A DNA stretch of 64,000 nucleotides from the NCBI GenBank assembly GCA_010093815.1, contig ML996584.1. One strand, given 5' to 3'. Of the stretch, positions 1 to 13,445 are shown piece by piece. The position numbers and the translations under genes are program-made. Every line of letters begins with the position of its first letter. Positions within the stretch are counted from its first letter, which is position 1. Origin of the DNA: Pseudovirgaria hyperparasitica. Taxonomy: Eukaryota. The notes below the pieces were generated by a model that was given only the letters and a program-made list of their open reading frames with translations, was not told the origin of the DNA and searched no databases.

Positions 1-570
1 AGAAGGCTTTCTACGAGCTATATACCTAAGGTAAGAGTTACGCCTAGGAGTACGATTCTAATAAGATCCGTAAGGATTTATTAGAATCTACTATAGCTAT
101 TATTACCGCGATTACTAGGTAATATCGTTTTTCTTAAATCGTTATAGATTCTTACTAATATATATTAATCTCTATAATAGTACTAAAATCTCTACCACTT
201 CGGACTTCTTTCTATATACTAGCGATATTAAAATTCCTAGGAAAGGTTCTAGTAAAAAGGCTAAGGTTCCTTCCTCGCGCGTGCTAAAGAGCTATAAATT
301 TAGAGAAGATAGCTCTAATCTAGAAGTTTCTATACTAAAGGTATATGGTTCTATACCGATCGTTAAATCTTTTTGCTAATTTATATAATTCTTAGCGTGC
401 CCGTGCCGGTCCGTCCCTCTCCGTCCCGGGTCCCGCCGCTCTATAGGTTTCTATAGAGGAGTTTATAGCTATAAGGCGCGCTATATAGAATTTATAGCGT
501 CGGAATAAAAGGCTAGAGACTTATATTATAAAGCTCTATACTATACTAAATAAGAACTAGTAGAAGGAAT
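1..570. repeat. RIP-degraded sequence of unassigned family, truncated by the window edge
   Basis: Same TpA-rich, CpA-depleted composition as the adjacent element, but no recognisable motif. Confidence 0.45.
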
Positions 571-639
571 TAGATGTAACTATCACGGTAATTAGTACTT
601 CTACTCCTACTCTAACTTAATTAGTTTAGATCTATACTA

Positions 640-3600
640 ATCGGTACTAATATATCTCTTTTATCTAGCGTTTTTAGTTTTTCGGTTTTAATTTTAAAGC
701 GATCTTACTTCTTCTAGATAGATTAGTACGAGTTTATATAGATCTATATAGATCTTTATATTTTCTTTTAGCTTTCTTAATTTTATCTTTCTTTAATAAT
801 AACTTCTTTAATCTCTTTAGTAATCTATACCGATCTATACTAATCGGCACCGATTTTCGATGTCCATTTCTGTTAGTAAATCATTTTTCTAAGTCTCTTT
901 TTTAGTTAAATTTTTTAAAGTTCTAAGTTTGAACTTTCTAAGGAAGTTCCTTAATTCCTTAGAATGTTTTAAAGATCTATATCTCTTTTACCTTCTTCCT
1001 TTTAGATAGCCGTTCTCGGCGCCGAACTATACTAAAAAACGTTAAATTGCCGTACTTTAGTATAATTCTCTATAATTCCACGGCTTCCTTTACTAATCGC
1101 TACTTATATACTAATATCGCTACTTTACTAATATTTATTATAGGTTTCTAAGTATCTTCGTTAGAATTATATCCTTTCTAATAAATTTTATATAGCCACG
1201 TGCTATCTTCGGCGTGTTACTAGCTAAGTATCTACTTAACTTCGTAGATATCTATACCTTCTTACGTAACTACTTTATATAGTATCTATTTGGAACGATC
1301 TAGTAATAATAAGGTATAAAATAGCTCGAGAAGCGTAATATAGAATATATTATATATCTTTAATATAGGAGGGAGTTATAACTTATACGCCTGGTTATTA
1401 ATTACACGAGTAATCTTATATAGACCTATTATTATATAGTTAAGCTTCTTCTTTAGCCTAATACTACGAATATTCTTACTATTTAGTAAAACTTTATCCC
1501 TAATATTAAAGATTATGGGTTTTCTACCCTTATTATAGTACGATTTACTATAATTCATAGCATCTTATAGTAACTTTATAACGCTTCTTTACGTTTAGAA
1601 TAGTTCTATAGTAATTTCTATTACTTTAACGTTAGATTATTCTACTTTAAACTAGGTCCCTAAGAACTACGTATTATAGTTCTAACTAAAGTTTACTTTA
1701 AACGGACTTACGTAGGTTAACGTATATCGGCTGTTATTATACGTAAATTCCGTGATATAGACTAACCTTACCTAGTTATCCTACTTATAGTTATAATATA
1801 CGCGTAAATACGCCTCGACTATCTAATTCTACCGCTCCGTCTACCTATCTATTTATAGGTAGAATATAGTACTAAGTTTCCGCTTAATTCCTAGCGTATA
1901 GTAGAAATCCTTCTAAAATTTAGACGTTATCTACGGATCTCTATCCGAAACTATACTGTTTAGTATACTATAGAGCCGGACTATATTACGAAGTAGTATA
2001 TCTATAAGATCCGGTACTTAGATCGTCTTTCTTATAGGGATATAGTATAATATCTTCGTAAATCTATCTAGAACTACGAGTAAACTATTATAAATATACC
2101 TAGAATACTTACTTAGGGGTAGATCTATAATAAAATCTATCGATAATTCCTTCTATGCCTCCTTTAGCATAGGTAATAGCCTTAATTTACTATATAGTAA
2201 GTGTCTATATACTTTCGTATGCTAGTAAACGTTATACGTTTTTATATAGTCTTTTATATATTTATAAAAACCCGGCTAGTCATACGTCCTTCGGATTAAA
2301 TTAACTATTCTTATAATGCCGAAGTGCCCTACTAACGCGTAATTATACTATTCCCTTAAAATATTAATTTATAAGCCGCCTTCCGGCACGTAGAGTCGGC
2401 CTTAGAAGTAGATCGCGTCCGATCGTCGTTCCTACCTTAATAACCACGGTAGATCTATAGCGCTTTCTTTTATACTTATAACTTTCTTTACTAATATATC
2501 GGAATTCTAGATAGATTTAATTAAGTCTTTAAGGGTTTTCTTAGTTTCTTAGACGTTTATTTAGATTACTTAATACCCGCTCTAATTCCTACGGAGAATC
2601 GCCGAAAGTGTCCTAGCTTCTAGTATTCTATTAGATAACTAGTCTTATAGTATCTAAAGTATAGTATAGTCTAACTTACACCGACTATCTACGTTATTCT
2701 ATAATAATTTCTTATAATCTTTACGCCGCGATAGAGGATTAGCTTTATTCTCTCTTCTAGCTTTATATAAGATTTTAAAGTTAAATATTAATATTTACTT
2801 AGCCTAACGTACTTATTAGTAATTAAGGACCTTAGTTAATATAAAGTAATATAGATTTGCGTGATCTAATAATAATTTAATCTAATATATAGAGCCTTCT
2901 AAATAATATTACTATTACTTAAAACTCTCGACGATTACGAGTAGTTTCTAGTCGTACGTGTTATAACGCGTCTCTATATCCGCTATTTTATAGGAAAAGA
3001 AAGTAACCGGGTACTATTACACCTTATCTTTCGTATCTTTATACGGTTAACTAATAATTCTAGTAATTATAAATTCTAACGCGTTAGTTTCGACCCGAAT
3101 ATACTTCTCGGGATTAAAATACCTAAGAATCGGCGTAGTTATAAAGTAATTCTTTAATAATCGGAACGCATCTCACGCTTCCGGCGTTAACTATATCTCG
3201 ACCGACTTAGCTTTACGCTATACTCGCCTACCTATAGGGATTTTACCGCCATTCTCTATAAGTTTATTAAGTAGCGCCGTAATTCGTAAGAAGCCTATAA
3301 TGAATTTATAATAATAGTTTATAAAACCTATAAATATTTTAATTTAACGTATAGTAGTAGGTTCTAGCTATTCTATAATAGTCTTTATACACTCCGGCTC
3401 TATTTTTAGGCCGCTATATATTATAATAAAGCTAAGAAACCTAACTTCTTATTAGTAAAACTTATATTTAGATAATTTTACGTAGAGTTTATACTACCTT
3501 AGACGATTTAGTACCGATTTCACGTGTTCTTTATAATTCTATATACTATTAGAGTAAATTAGTATATTATTAAGATAAACTACGTAAATCACGTTAAGTA

Positions 3601-6300
3601 ATCCTATGAGTATAGTATTAATATATTCTTAAAACGCTCCTGGCGCATTTATTAGCCCGAATGGTATAATAGTATACTTAAAATAACTATATCTAGTCCG
3701 AAATACGGTTTTCTACTTATCTCCGCGACGAATTCGAAGCCGGTAATATATATCTTATAAATCTAGCTTCGTAAAGTACTTTACCTTCGTTAATTAGTCT
3801 AAAGATTTACTAACTAGCGGTAATAGATAATAATTCTTCTTAGTTACTATATTTAGTACCTAATAGTCGATATATAGATGTAAACTTCCGTCTTTCTTCT
3901 TTACAAAGAGAATAGATACGCTAGCCGATAACGTACTACGACGTATCTAGCCTCTTCCGAGGTATTCTTTAATATATTTATAAAGAACTTCGAGTTCTAG
4001 TCTCGAAAGTAGGTAAAGTAGGCTATAAGGGATATCTACTCCCTCTTTAAGCTTAATCTTTAGCTTATACGGCCCGTGATTAGGGAGAAGTAATATATCT
4101 CCTACCGAAAACATATCTATATACTACGAATATACGTCGGGTAGCATGTCTTCGCCCTAATTATTACTATTATCCTTATCTTTATCGATAATTAATAAGA
4201 ACGTAAGATAGATTAGTAATAATCGGGTCCGCACGGTAAGGTTCCATACCTCCTTACTAATAGTTATAACTTACTAGTATAATTTACTACGGTATTATCG
4301 GAACGTTAATATCTTCTTCTAAAAATTAAGGATAGGGTTTAGGCGTCTAAGCTAAGGCATCCCTAGAATTATATTCTATTAGCTAATATTAGCCACGATA
4401 AATTTATTAGATATCTACTATTTTATTATCTTTGAGTCATGAACTTCGTAATTCGTTATAGCTTTACCTAAAGTTCTAACTTTATATCTATTAACTATAA
4501 TAGTTCGGCTAACTTTACCAAGATCGTACGATAATCTATACTCCTTTATAAGAATTAACGAAATATAGTTATCTTCTATACTAGTATCCACGAGGGTCTA
4601 TATAGTTTTATTACCATTTACTATAGGTAATAATACTTTTAGTAATATTAGGTCTTTACTCGCCGGAAGGCGCTATAGCTCCTTCTAAGTATATATAATT
4701 TAGCTAAGAACGCGATTAGGTCTCGTGTACTAGCCTATTCTTTTTTTAGATTCTTATAGTTAGGTAAAATATATTCTATTTCTCTATACTTATAGTAATG
4801 AAGTGCGCTATAATCCTACTATTTTACGATAGGCGTTATATTTAAGTCTATATCTTATTCTTTTCCGTGTTAAGAAGTACCGCCTTAATTATTTTAGTAT
4901 CCTCTTAACGCGTTTCTACCCCGATTTACGCTCTTCTAGTACTAATCGCGGTAAGGTTACTCTTAATTAAACGTATTTAATTAACCTCGTTTCTAACCCG
5001 TATAGAGTTCGTCGGTTTTACCTAGAGAGCCGCGTTCCTTAAGGATGCGGTAGTGTTTATTAGCTTTCTCCTCTAATTCGTGTAGATAGTTAAAACTTAA
5101 TAATACTATTCCTAGTCTTTCGCGGATTAACGGAAGTAGTACTTTATAAAACTAGAATATATAAATATTTTCCTATAGCGTAGGGATATTATCCTATAGG
5201 TTTTAGAGGTATTATAGTAGTTAAGTAGATATCTAGTTCGGTCGTTATACTACGCTTCTTAACTTAGATAGTGCCTTTCTTTTACGTTCTCTATCCGTTC
5301 TAAGGGTGTTTAGTATAAATATAGCTAAATATTCCTAGGTTATCGTAGATAGTAGCTGTACTTCCTTCTATCTATTCTATTAATCACGGGATTATAAGCC
5401 TAGGTATCGTTCTCCGAACGAAATACGTTATACTTTAGTAGAAAAGAGTAGAGGGTTATCGAGGAAGTACTTTTTGTAGTCTCTCTTCTAGTCTTTCTAC
5501 TCCTTTTAGTTCTTCTCTATAAATATAGTCGGGTCTTTAGATTTTAGTATATCTAGAGAAGGAGTAGGGTAAATCGGTAACGAAGCGGCCAGGTATACGG
5601 TAGATTATCGTAACTCTAATAGTAGGTAAACTAATTCCGCCTAAATTAGTATAGGAAGTCGTCTACCTTCTATCGTTCGGCGTAGTTCTTTAAGAGACTC
5701 CTTAAGTTCTTATCTCTTTACGAGGAGTTTCGCGCGTTCTATCTATTCTTTAAGGGTTTAAATCTCTCGAGCCTAATTCGTAATGTATTCCTAAAGTTCG
5801 GCGGTAGTTTATTATAATACCTTACGTAGCTCCGCCATGACTCGTTATCCGGCTTTATATTATTAGAAGTTACTTGGTGTATCTACTATTTCTTTATCTA
5901 AAAGCTCCGTGATTCGGTCTAATATTTCTACTTCTTGGTTAGAAACGGCCGGGATTAATACTAATTATAGAGGATCCCTATTATTTAATATAGTATTACT
6001 TATCCCTATAGTAGATCGTGTCGACCTTCTCGGTTCTAGTTAGACTATCTTAACTATAGTACTATATAGAGAGTAATTCGAATATAAGAATAGAGTTATT
6101 AGATAGTAGTATAGTTAGATAGAATAATAGGGTGTATTCTATTATAGAATAAATTACTACTAAACCCTTTTAGTAGGAATCTAAGAGTATATACGCAAAG
6201 GGACGCCGATCTATCTAGTACGTAACTATTTACCGCCCTTTACGTTACCTTCTAACCCTGTTAGCTAAGGTACGTGTAGGTCGAGTCCTATCTAAGGCTA
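640..6300 (-). mobile_element. RIP-inactivated Ty3/Gypsy (chromovirus) LTR retrotransposon: gag-PR-RT-RH-IN-chromodomain
   Basis: Minus-strand translation gives degenerate motifs in Gypsy order: protease TLVDTSIEDNYIS (~4560-4598), RT VVYLNNILIYS (YLDD changed to YLNN, 3566-3577), RNase H IRVETNALEF (~3075-3100), integrase VGHFGIIR (~2310-2332), IVSDRDP (~1933-1954) and D.*TER*N (~1827-1850), chromodomain YKIY*KGYNSNEDT*KP (~1142-1191). CpA/TpG is depleted and TpA is in excess, with Gln/Trp codons turned to TAG. A matched LTR pair could not be delimited, so the ends are approximate. Confidence 0.93.
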
Positions 6301-6576
6301 AGTTCTAATAGATTAATATAAATCTATATCTATAAGAAACTAGTAAAATATCTAATAATTAAAAAAATTCTATAATAAGTTATAGAGTTTTTTAAAGAAA
6401 TAAATATTTCTAAGAAAAGATTTATATATAGATAGTATCTAGACTTATCTAATTATATTATATACTATACTAGAGATAAATAGATAAAAGAGTTTAGTAG
6501 TAATTTATTCTATAATAGAATATACTCTATTATTCTATCTAGCTATACTACTATCTAATTACTCTATTCTTATATT
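6081..6576. repeat. 91-bp inverted repeat pair (6081-6171 / 6486-6576); probable LTR fragment in opposite orientation
   Basis: Reverse complement of 6486-6576 matches 6081-6171 with 5 mismatches, 4 of them transitions. Confidence 0.85.
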
Positions 6577-6845
6577 AAGTTCTATTAATTATCTTTAATA
6601 TCTTAGAGAAGCTTATATAATTAGAAGAGAAAAGATATAGAATTTCTATTAGATTATCTATATTAATTAGATATTATTTAGAACTAGACTACTATATATA
6701 GTAGGTAGATAGATTAGATAGATTTGTTAATTAATTTTGCCTACGTTAAATCTACCAAAGTTCCCATAGTAGAGCTAGTATCTTCCCTACCTTATTAGGC
6801 TTCACGGTCGAACTTTTACCTCTCCCTGTCTACGGACGTTCTATC

Positions 6846-7892
6846 ATGGCACAAATATATTCATTAGATAACGCCATCGCGAAGTTCTTCCATGAGCTCC
6901 GGGGGGTCAACCGGCAGCAGTGCGAGGAGCTTGCTCTGTCCTTAGTAGGACCCCCCCTTCAGCCATGTCGTATCCAAGGGGCTTTTAGCTACACTATACG
7001 TGCTGGCCCTGGGCTAGCCAAGATTATACAGTTCCGCTCTGAATATCTGGATATGCATGTGCTCGAGTGCGCTCGCTTGACCTTTGGGACGCTTGTTGCA
7101 GCTTGTGTTCATCACGGCCACATTGGCAATCCATCACGTCTTGGAGTTTACGTGATGGACAATCTCCCGGGTGTCACTTACATCGAAGCACGAATGGCAT
7201 TTCCATCCTTGAATGGAATGTCGAAAGAAATGTGCATTTGGCAAAATAATGTTGTCGTTGATCTTGCAAGGTACGTTGGTACCAGGTGGTGCCTGGCTCG
7301 AAAGATTATAATTGTAATTAGGTTCTTTGCACTGTCTTGGAAGCGGCCGCTTAAGTTGAATGAGCTAGAAGTTACGTCCTGTCGCAATGATATGGAACAG
7401 AAGCTAAGGCTCTTATCTAAGACACTACCTTCCCCGTTCTCGGATACGATGACCGACCTTGCTAATAACGTCGGGATACTATTTTCAGATTCCTATCCTC
7501 TAGTTCTGACCCATGACGATCTCTGCGAAATGAATATACTTGTTGACTCCGCAACGGGAAATCTTACGGGAGTCATAGATTGGGCGAACGCTAGCATTCA
7601 ACCTTTCGGCCTCGCACTTTGGGGCGTGGAGAACGTTTTCGGGTATATGGATGGAACGGGTTGGCATTACTTCGGTAATTATGAGCAACTAAAGGAGCTT
7701 TTTTGGAGAAAGTTCGAGGAAGATGCTGGTGTTAAGACAATTACATTGGATTTCAAAGAGAACCTCAAATTGGCAAGGCTGGTAGGCATTGCTCTTCGTT
7801 ATGGGTACAAATGGGACAACCTTAAAGAAACGAAGCCAATCTCAACGGATGATCCATCGTTAAGATATCTTATAGCATTTCTTTCAGGTTAA
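6846..7892 (+). CDS. Aminoglycoside phosphotransferase (APH)/kinase-like protein
   Basis: Brenner-type motif VLTHDDLCEMNILVD and GVIDW. Probable 51-nt in-frame intron at 7271-7321 (GTACGT...TAG) joining DLAR|FFALSW. Confidence 0.85.
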   Translation: MAQIYSLDNAIAKFFHELRGVNRQQCEELALSLVGPPLQPCRIQGAFSYTIRAGPGLAKIIQFRSEYLDMHVLECARLTFGTLVAACVHHGHIGNPSRLGVYVMDNLPGVTYIEARMAFPSLNGMSKEMCIWQNNVVVDLARYVGTRWCLARKIIIVIRFFALSWKRPLKLNELEVTSCRNDMEQKLRLLSKTLPSPFSDTMTDLANNVGILFSDSYPLVLTHDDLCEMNILVDSATGNLTGVIDWANASIQPFGLALWGVENVFGYMDGTGWHYFGNYEQLKELFWRKFEEDAGVKTITLDFKENLKLARLVGIALRYGYKWDNLKETKPISTDDPSLRYLIAFLSG

Positions 7893-8260
7893 GCGTTAAC
7901 GGTTGAAGCTGTTCCTAGTGTTACTTTAATAACAATGATTAATTCAATTGGCTCCGATGCGGGTTGCACGCTAATGGACTAGTAGCACTTACCTATCTAT
8001 ATAGATCTCTTTTGATACCCTTCTAGTGCATGCTAAGAGTCGAGCTGAAAAAGTTATAGACGGCATAACAAGTTATAGACGAAGGTTTAAATGAGGGTGT
8101 AATACCGCGTTAGTCGATAGTTTAACTTCTTACATGTCATCAATACATACAGTAGTGCATCCAAGCTTAGGATTCCGTTTTGCCTTGCAAGACTAAGGCT
8201 AAAATACGTTATAAGTGATCGAACATAAGAGCATGAATGGACACGCTCTTAAGATATATC

Positions 8261-11200
8261 TTAACGATGGTCCATCTTTATGAGTCTTTCAAACGCTTCA
8301 TCGCTTTCGTCATCCAAGTCACCTCCTCCACCTGGAATCTGTGTTCGTAATCTCCGTGCCTCTTGCCGTTGTCGTTCTGAGTCCTCACGCCGGGTCGCAT
8401 CGCAAGCAAGGGCTTTAGAGTAAGCATGCGTACACCGAGCTAGGATACTAGCTGGTACTTTAGTTAACTTTCCAATGGCTATAGCCTTTTCCGACTCTTC
8501 TCTGTAGGTGTGTCAATAAGCGAAACCCTCGTTTCCGTAGTACTTACATAGCAACGGCCACCCGACCTTGATGGAACGCTACATCGCCAGCTCGATAAGC
8601 ACAGTAAGAGCTCAGCCAGCTAAAGCGTGCCGAGCTTCCTGAAATCTCGAGAACCTCTTTAGCTTTGTGTACATGACGTTGTGCGCTCTTAAAGTCCCTC
8701 ATACGCGTTCGGAGTGACGTGTAGGTTAGATGCCCACTAGTTATCATTAGGTAGAAGTCTTACATGTCGATAGGAAGCACCTACTATACATGCATGTACC
8801 AGCTTCCTAGCCTGTCAGCGTCAGCCAGAGCGTTGGCAAGGTGTCTTTCAGCTTCTTCAAAGCGACCCATGCAGTAGTAATTGCATGCTATGTTGTAGCC
8901 CCACACCATCCGTCGAGTCGGTATCTTTCCGGCTGGGCCATCGAGGACTTCTCCCGCTTTGAGGAGCCAATCGAGACCCTCGGCATATCTTAACTGAGCA
9001 CCGACGGCCATACCAAGCCAGCTGTATGAAAGTGAAATGAGCAGGTCATCTGGATCTAGCAGCCTCAACCGAATCTCGAGCCCTTCAGTCATTTCTTTCT
9101 CTGCCCTCGCAAATTCTGCTGTCGAGAAATGGTGCATACATTTAAGGGATAACAGAAAAGCCAACAGTAAGCGATCCCGTTCATCATCTGAACATTTCGA
9201 GTACGCGTCATCTGAAGTGTCCAGCAGGCCAGGTATCACGTTCGTAGTATCGTTATCATGTATCGCACTATATACTATTTAGCAGGAGGATTCGATTTAG
9301 ACTACAATTCAAACAAGACCTACTTGACCGCATTTGCGAGGAGTTTGACGAAGTTCATGTTGGGCTTTATGCGACTTTTGTTCTTCTGTGAATCATTGTA
9401 ATCACGAACTAGGGCCAGTACTGAGGGGATATATCTTTCGTATATCAGCCACTCTTCATCGTTATATTGGTTGGACCGCTCGGGCGGGAACTTCTCTAGA
9501 AGAAGTCTGGTGGCTGCTTCAAACTGTTCTTGCGGATTCTCCATCCTGGATCGGTACTCAGATTGTACTAGTCGATGTATCCGGAAAGTTCCCTCATCTA
9601 TGTTCTTCCGAATGAGCGCGTGATGCGTGAGCTGCTCTAGGGCATCATCAAAACTACTTGATCTTAGCAAATACTAAAGCAAAAGCCCAACAAATAATTC
9701 AAACACGTACCTGAGCTCATCCTTACAGAATGACAGTATGTCTGGTAAATTGCCAGGTTCAACGTCTGTGAACAATGCAATGGGCGCTGAATCAGCAGCC
9801 AAGAAGCTCAACACCCCAAGACAAGCTCGAGCTTCATCGCCGAGGGCATTGAAGGACAATTCCCAGACTGTGTCCAAGCTGTAGTTGTACCCTAAATACT
9901 TGTATCCGTTCCTTTTTTCTTTGTGAAGTCTTTGGCTGTTTCTGCTGTACAAAGCGCTGAAGTCTGCAAGAGAATAATTTCGCGCGTTGATCAGTGCAGC
10001 CATCTGGTTTAGTGCCAGGGGTAGCCCTCCAAGATTGCTTGCTATCTGATGGGCAGCAGAGAACTCGCCGTCCATACGTCGCCTCCTGGGCGTGGTGTGG
10101 ATAAGAAATTCAGCTCCTTCTTTTGGCTCAAACTCGCTGACCTCAACACCGGTCTCAATGGGCAACGTTGCAACAACTACGTCTCTTGTCGTTACAAGAA
10201 TTGAACCATGTTTAGCTGCTGGCCAACAGTCGTCAATGACCTCATGACTATCAACATTGTCAAATATCAGAAGCCATTTCGCAGCTAGATAAATTTAGCA
10301 CATAAGGATGCAGAGCGCACGGTGTATCATACAAGTCTTTTGCAGCCAATTGAGAACGAGAATCATGTTCTCTTGGTATGCGTGAGGCTTTGCTTGAGGA
10401 AGCTTGAGAGCCTCCAGCGCCGCACGACTGAAGCCTTGCTGAACAGAATAAGAGTCCTCTGCAGAAATCCAAAGCACAACATCGAAGTCATGAAGTTTGG
10501 AGTAAGCATATGCGAGAGCGGTTTGTGTCTTTCCGATACCACCTAGCCCGTAGAGAGCAATGGACGCCAATCGAGCAGTGGTATTCGTTGGGCTTAAATG
10601 TTCATCCAGCTTATGAAGTATATCTTTGCGCCCAAAGAACTGCTTGTTTTGCGCTACAGGAAGCGTATCACACTCTAGATTAGCTTCTTCATTTCTCGTC
10701 TCTTCCAAAGTTAGCAAACGCTGGAAGAGGGCGAGCTCGTTCATATGGCGTGCTTGTCTCTCCGCCATGTCCGCGACTTTCTCAATCCGCTTAATCGCAT
10801 CGTCGATGTTCTGATAAGCGGTGTTATAAAAGCGTGTCAGACTTTCCCATGTGCAGTCGTCAAGCTGAGCTATATTAGTGTTAAATACGCGCGAACAGGA
10901 ACTTGCAATATAGGTAGGAGGATTGGATACTGACTTTCACGACCACCTTGAAGCCTGAAGGTCATAATCACATTTAGCCAGAGTAATACGATCTCTTTAT
11001 TGACTTCAACCGTATCACCTTTGACTTTCTCTACATCTATGATCCGGTCGGAGCAATCATTTGAGGTCCTAAGCTTGTGCCCGATCTTTTCCAACCATCT
11101 GCTCACCCGTCTCAGTGGGCTAAGTGGTCCAGTACTACCGAGAGCGAGCTTATCAATCAGTATCATAGCCAGTGACATTAGTGGTAGATGTACGAACCTT

Positions 11201-11544
11201 GAAAACGATGAAAAGTAGACCCCACATCATACTAGTATCAACGGGATTTTGCATCATGTTGACAAAATTCTGAGCGAAGATTTCGTAGTGATCTAATGTT
11301 GGCTGTATCAACGTGATAGCCCTCCTTGGCTCCTCATCAGGAAATTCAGTCAAGAGAGAATTCAGCTCTGTACGAAAATTCTGCAAAGATTTGACCCGGA
11401 GAGCGCGGTCATGGTCGTGTTTCTCTAGAACTCTTTCGCACTTCTTCAGTGCTTCCTGCCAAGATTGCACATAGATCTCATCACTAGTATGATATTAATG
11501 TTAGAACGAACAATTACGCATAGCAGTACTCACTAAGTTGCCAT
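8261..11544 (-). CDS. Fungal NLR-like STAND protein: N-terminal helical domain, NB-ARC, winged helix, TPR-like repeats (multi-exon)
   Basis: Start MATY|DEIYVQSW across an intron at ~11484-11533. FFGR, Walker A GLGGIGKT, Walker B KWLLIFDNV, GSILVTTR, GGLPLAL and IHRLVQ motifs; helical TPR-like C-terminus ending EAFERLIKMDHR* at 8261. ORF pieces are separated by GT...AG introns. Confidence 0.9.
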
Positions 11545-12006
11545 ACCGTCGCCTACCGTAGAGAAAGGGTAACAGAGACGCATTGTCCAACCTAAACGTG
11601 CCAGTCAAGACCCGGCCGCTTAGAGCAATGAGGTGCCTAGTAGCCCAGAGTTTGAGACGAGGCGAACAACTTATGTATGGTGGCAGACTGGGAAGCGGTA
11701 TCACGCAAGGCAGACAAAAAGGCTAATCTACGTCACCAATCATAAGGTTGCATCCCTGCAGCATGTGGCCGATCACCGATCACATCGCTGGCTCCGCAAC
11801 TCAGCTAGGCTGGTCGGAGAGGTATCAATGAAACATCTGTAGCCACGTCCACATACTTGCTGTACTCTCTTTGCCTATCGGAGGCCACCGTTTGAGTTTC
11901 CCAGCTATGGGAGCACACTGTAGGGGAGCGAACCAAAGGATCACAGCCTTGCGGTGCTGCGAAGTACTGCATACGGCGTAAATGGTTCAAAGGTAGCCTT
12001 GAAGCC

Positions 12007-13445
12007 ATGACCCCAGTGCGATGTTACCATTGTTATACCTATTACACAGATCCTTTTGAGTACAACGATGAGCTGGAACCTTGCGGCCAGAAGACGAAGC
12101 CGACATCACACACTATCGAATCTTGTCCACTGGAAGATTAGCAGCAAGACGACAAATGCTTACGCTGAGACATGCTGTGGGCCGAGGAGCGACACAGCTT
12201 CCCTCAATGATGGAATCGATCTCTTTGTACAACGAATCTGCAAAGAGATGATAAAATATGAGGCAACAACCAGAGAGGTTTTGAATTCACTTCTCGTCAA
12301 GCGCTCAGTGGAAGGCTACTTGAGTCTGCAGCTAGAGCTTTCTACTGCAATAATCACTTTCCTGAAGTCAATGACACCTCAAACGACCACAGATGACCTT
12401 GTGGACAAAGTATTTCGCCAGTTCAAGATAGACACCACGAGTGGTGAGCCCTATAAGAATATCATGAGACATTTCGTGTTTGCCACAATAGGTTGGTCTA
12501 CCCTCTTATATACGGCAGATATGGGTCCAACTAGTAGCGATTTTGCGATTAGTGGAGACACATTACGGACTAAACCCAGTAGAAAAGGGAGCTTGGAACA
12601 ATCTTCTCAAAGACCCGTGGGGGCTTTACTGAGAAGCTTTGGTGTGATGCCAATTACATGCCCACCAGGAACAGATCGGTCAGACGGCCAACCAACGCTG
12701 CTCGCAGTGACCCATCTGAACTTCTTCTCCCTTTCTAAACTCGGCGATGTAACTCTCTTATGGACCGACGACCTATCCAAGCATTGTGAATTCGATCGGT
12801 ACAGCCGAGAAAAGACTCTGAAGCTGTTTCGCTGGCCCTCTGTCTGTGCTAGAGTATGCCTTTCAAAAGATGAAGCGACTCTGATTGACCTGTAAGGCAT
12901 AACCCACTTCCTACGCAATTCCATGAGTGATTGCTTACATTTACCTTTACAGACTGTACAAAAGTCACTTATGTCAGCACGGGTGTAGAAACGGCAACGG
13001 TATGGTAGCCAAAGCATACTTGAGCGAAGTTCTACTCAGCTATCGCTTATTGTTCGGCCAACATTTTCCATCACGGCAATTGTACAGAAGAAAAGAGCGA
13101 AAGGGCGCAAAATTCGAAGGCTCAATCGATCCTCTCCTAGATACACTCTGCGGAGACAAAGACATTAATGACTTTGATGGAACCAAAGCGCTCATTCGGG
13201 AGCGAGGTGTCTATAATGCTCGAATTAATTTCCCACACCTCGGAGCCCGCCTGTTGGAACTAGAGAACTATAGTATAAATCAGAGACCACGCAACCTATC
13301 AGAAGTCTGGAACGATGAGCGTGATCCTGAGCGACTTCTTACTTTCAGGGCAGTACTAGTCGTTGGAGCTTTATCCATATTACTGAGCTTTGTTCAGGTG
13401 TTAGTTGGCATCGCACAGATTGTGATGTCATCAAGAAGCAGATAA
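12007..13445 (+). CDS. Uncharacterised fungal protein with a C-terminal transmembrane segment
   Basis: ORFs 12056-12895 and 12927-13445 join through intron 12892-12952. Contains LLSYRLLFGQ, DPLLDTLCG, FPHLGARLL and WNDERDP, then hydrophobic FRAVLVVGALSILLSFVQVLVGIAQIVM. Start uncertain (ATG 12007 with a short intron, or ATG 12068). Confidence 0.75.

Noticed and set aside
575..640. Possible 3' LTR/PPT of the Gypsy element (TGTAACTAT..., purine tract on minus strand)
   Set aside because: Only ~7 bp match the presumed 5' LTR at ~6051; no alignable LTR pair or TSD.
1376..1558. 60-aa ORF in the AT-rich region
   Set aside because: A chance open fragment of the RIP-destroyed integrase C-terminus, not a gene.
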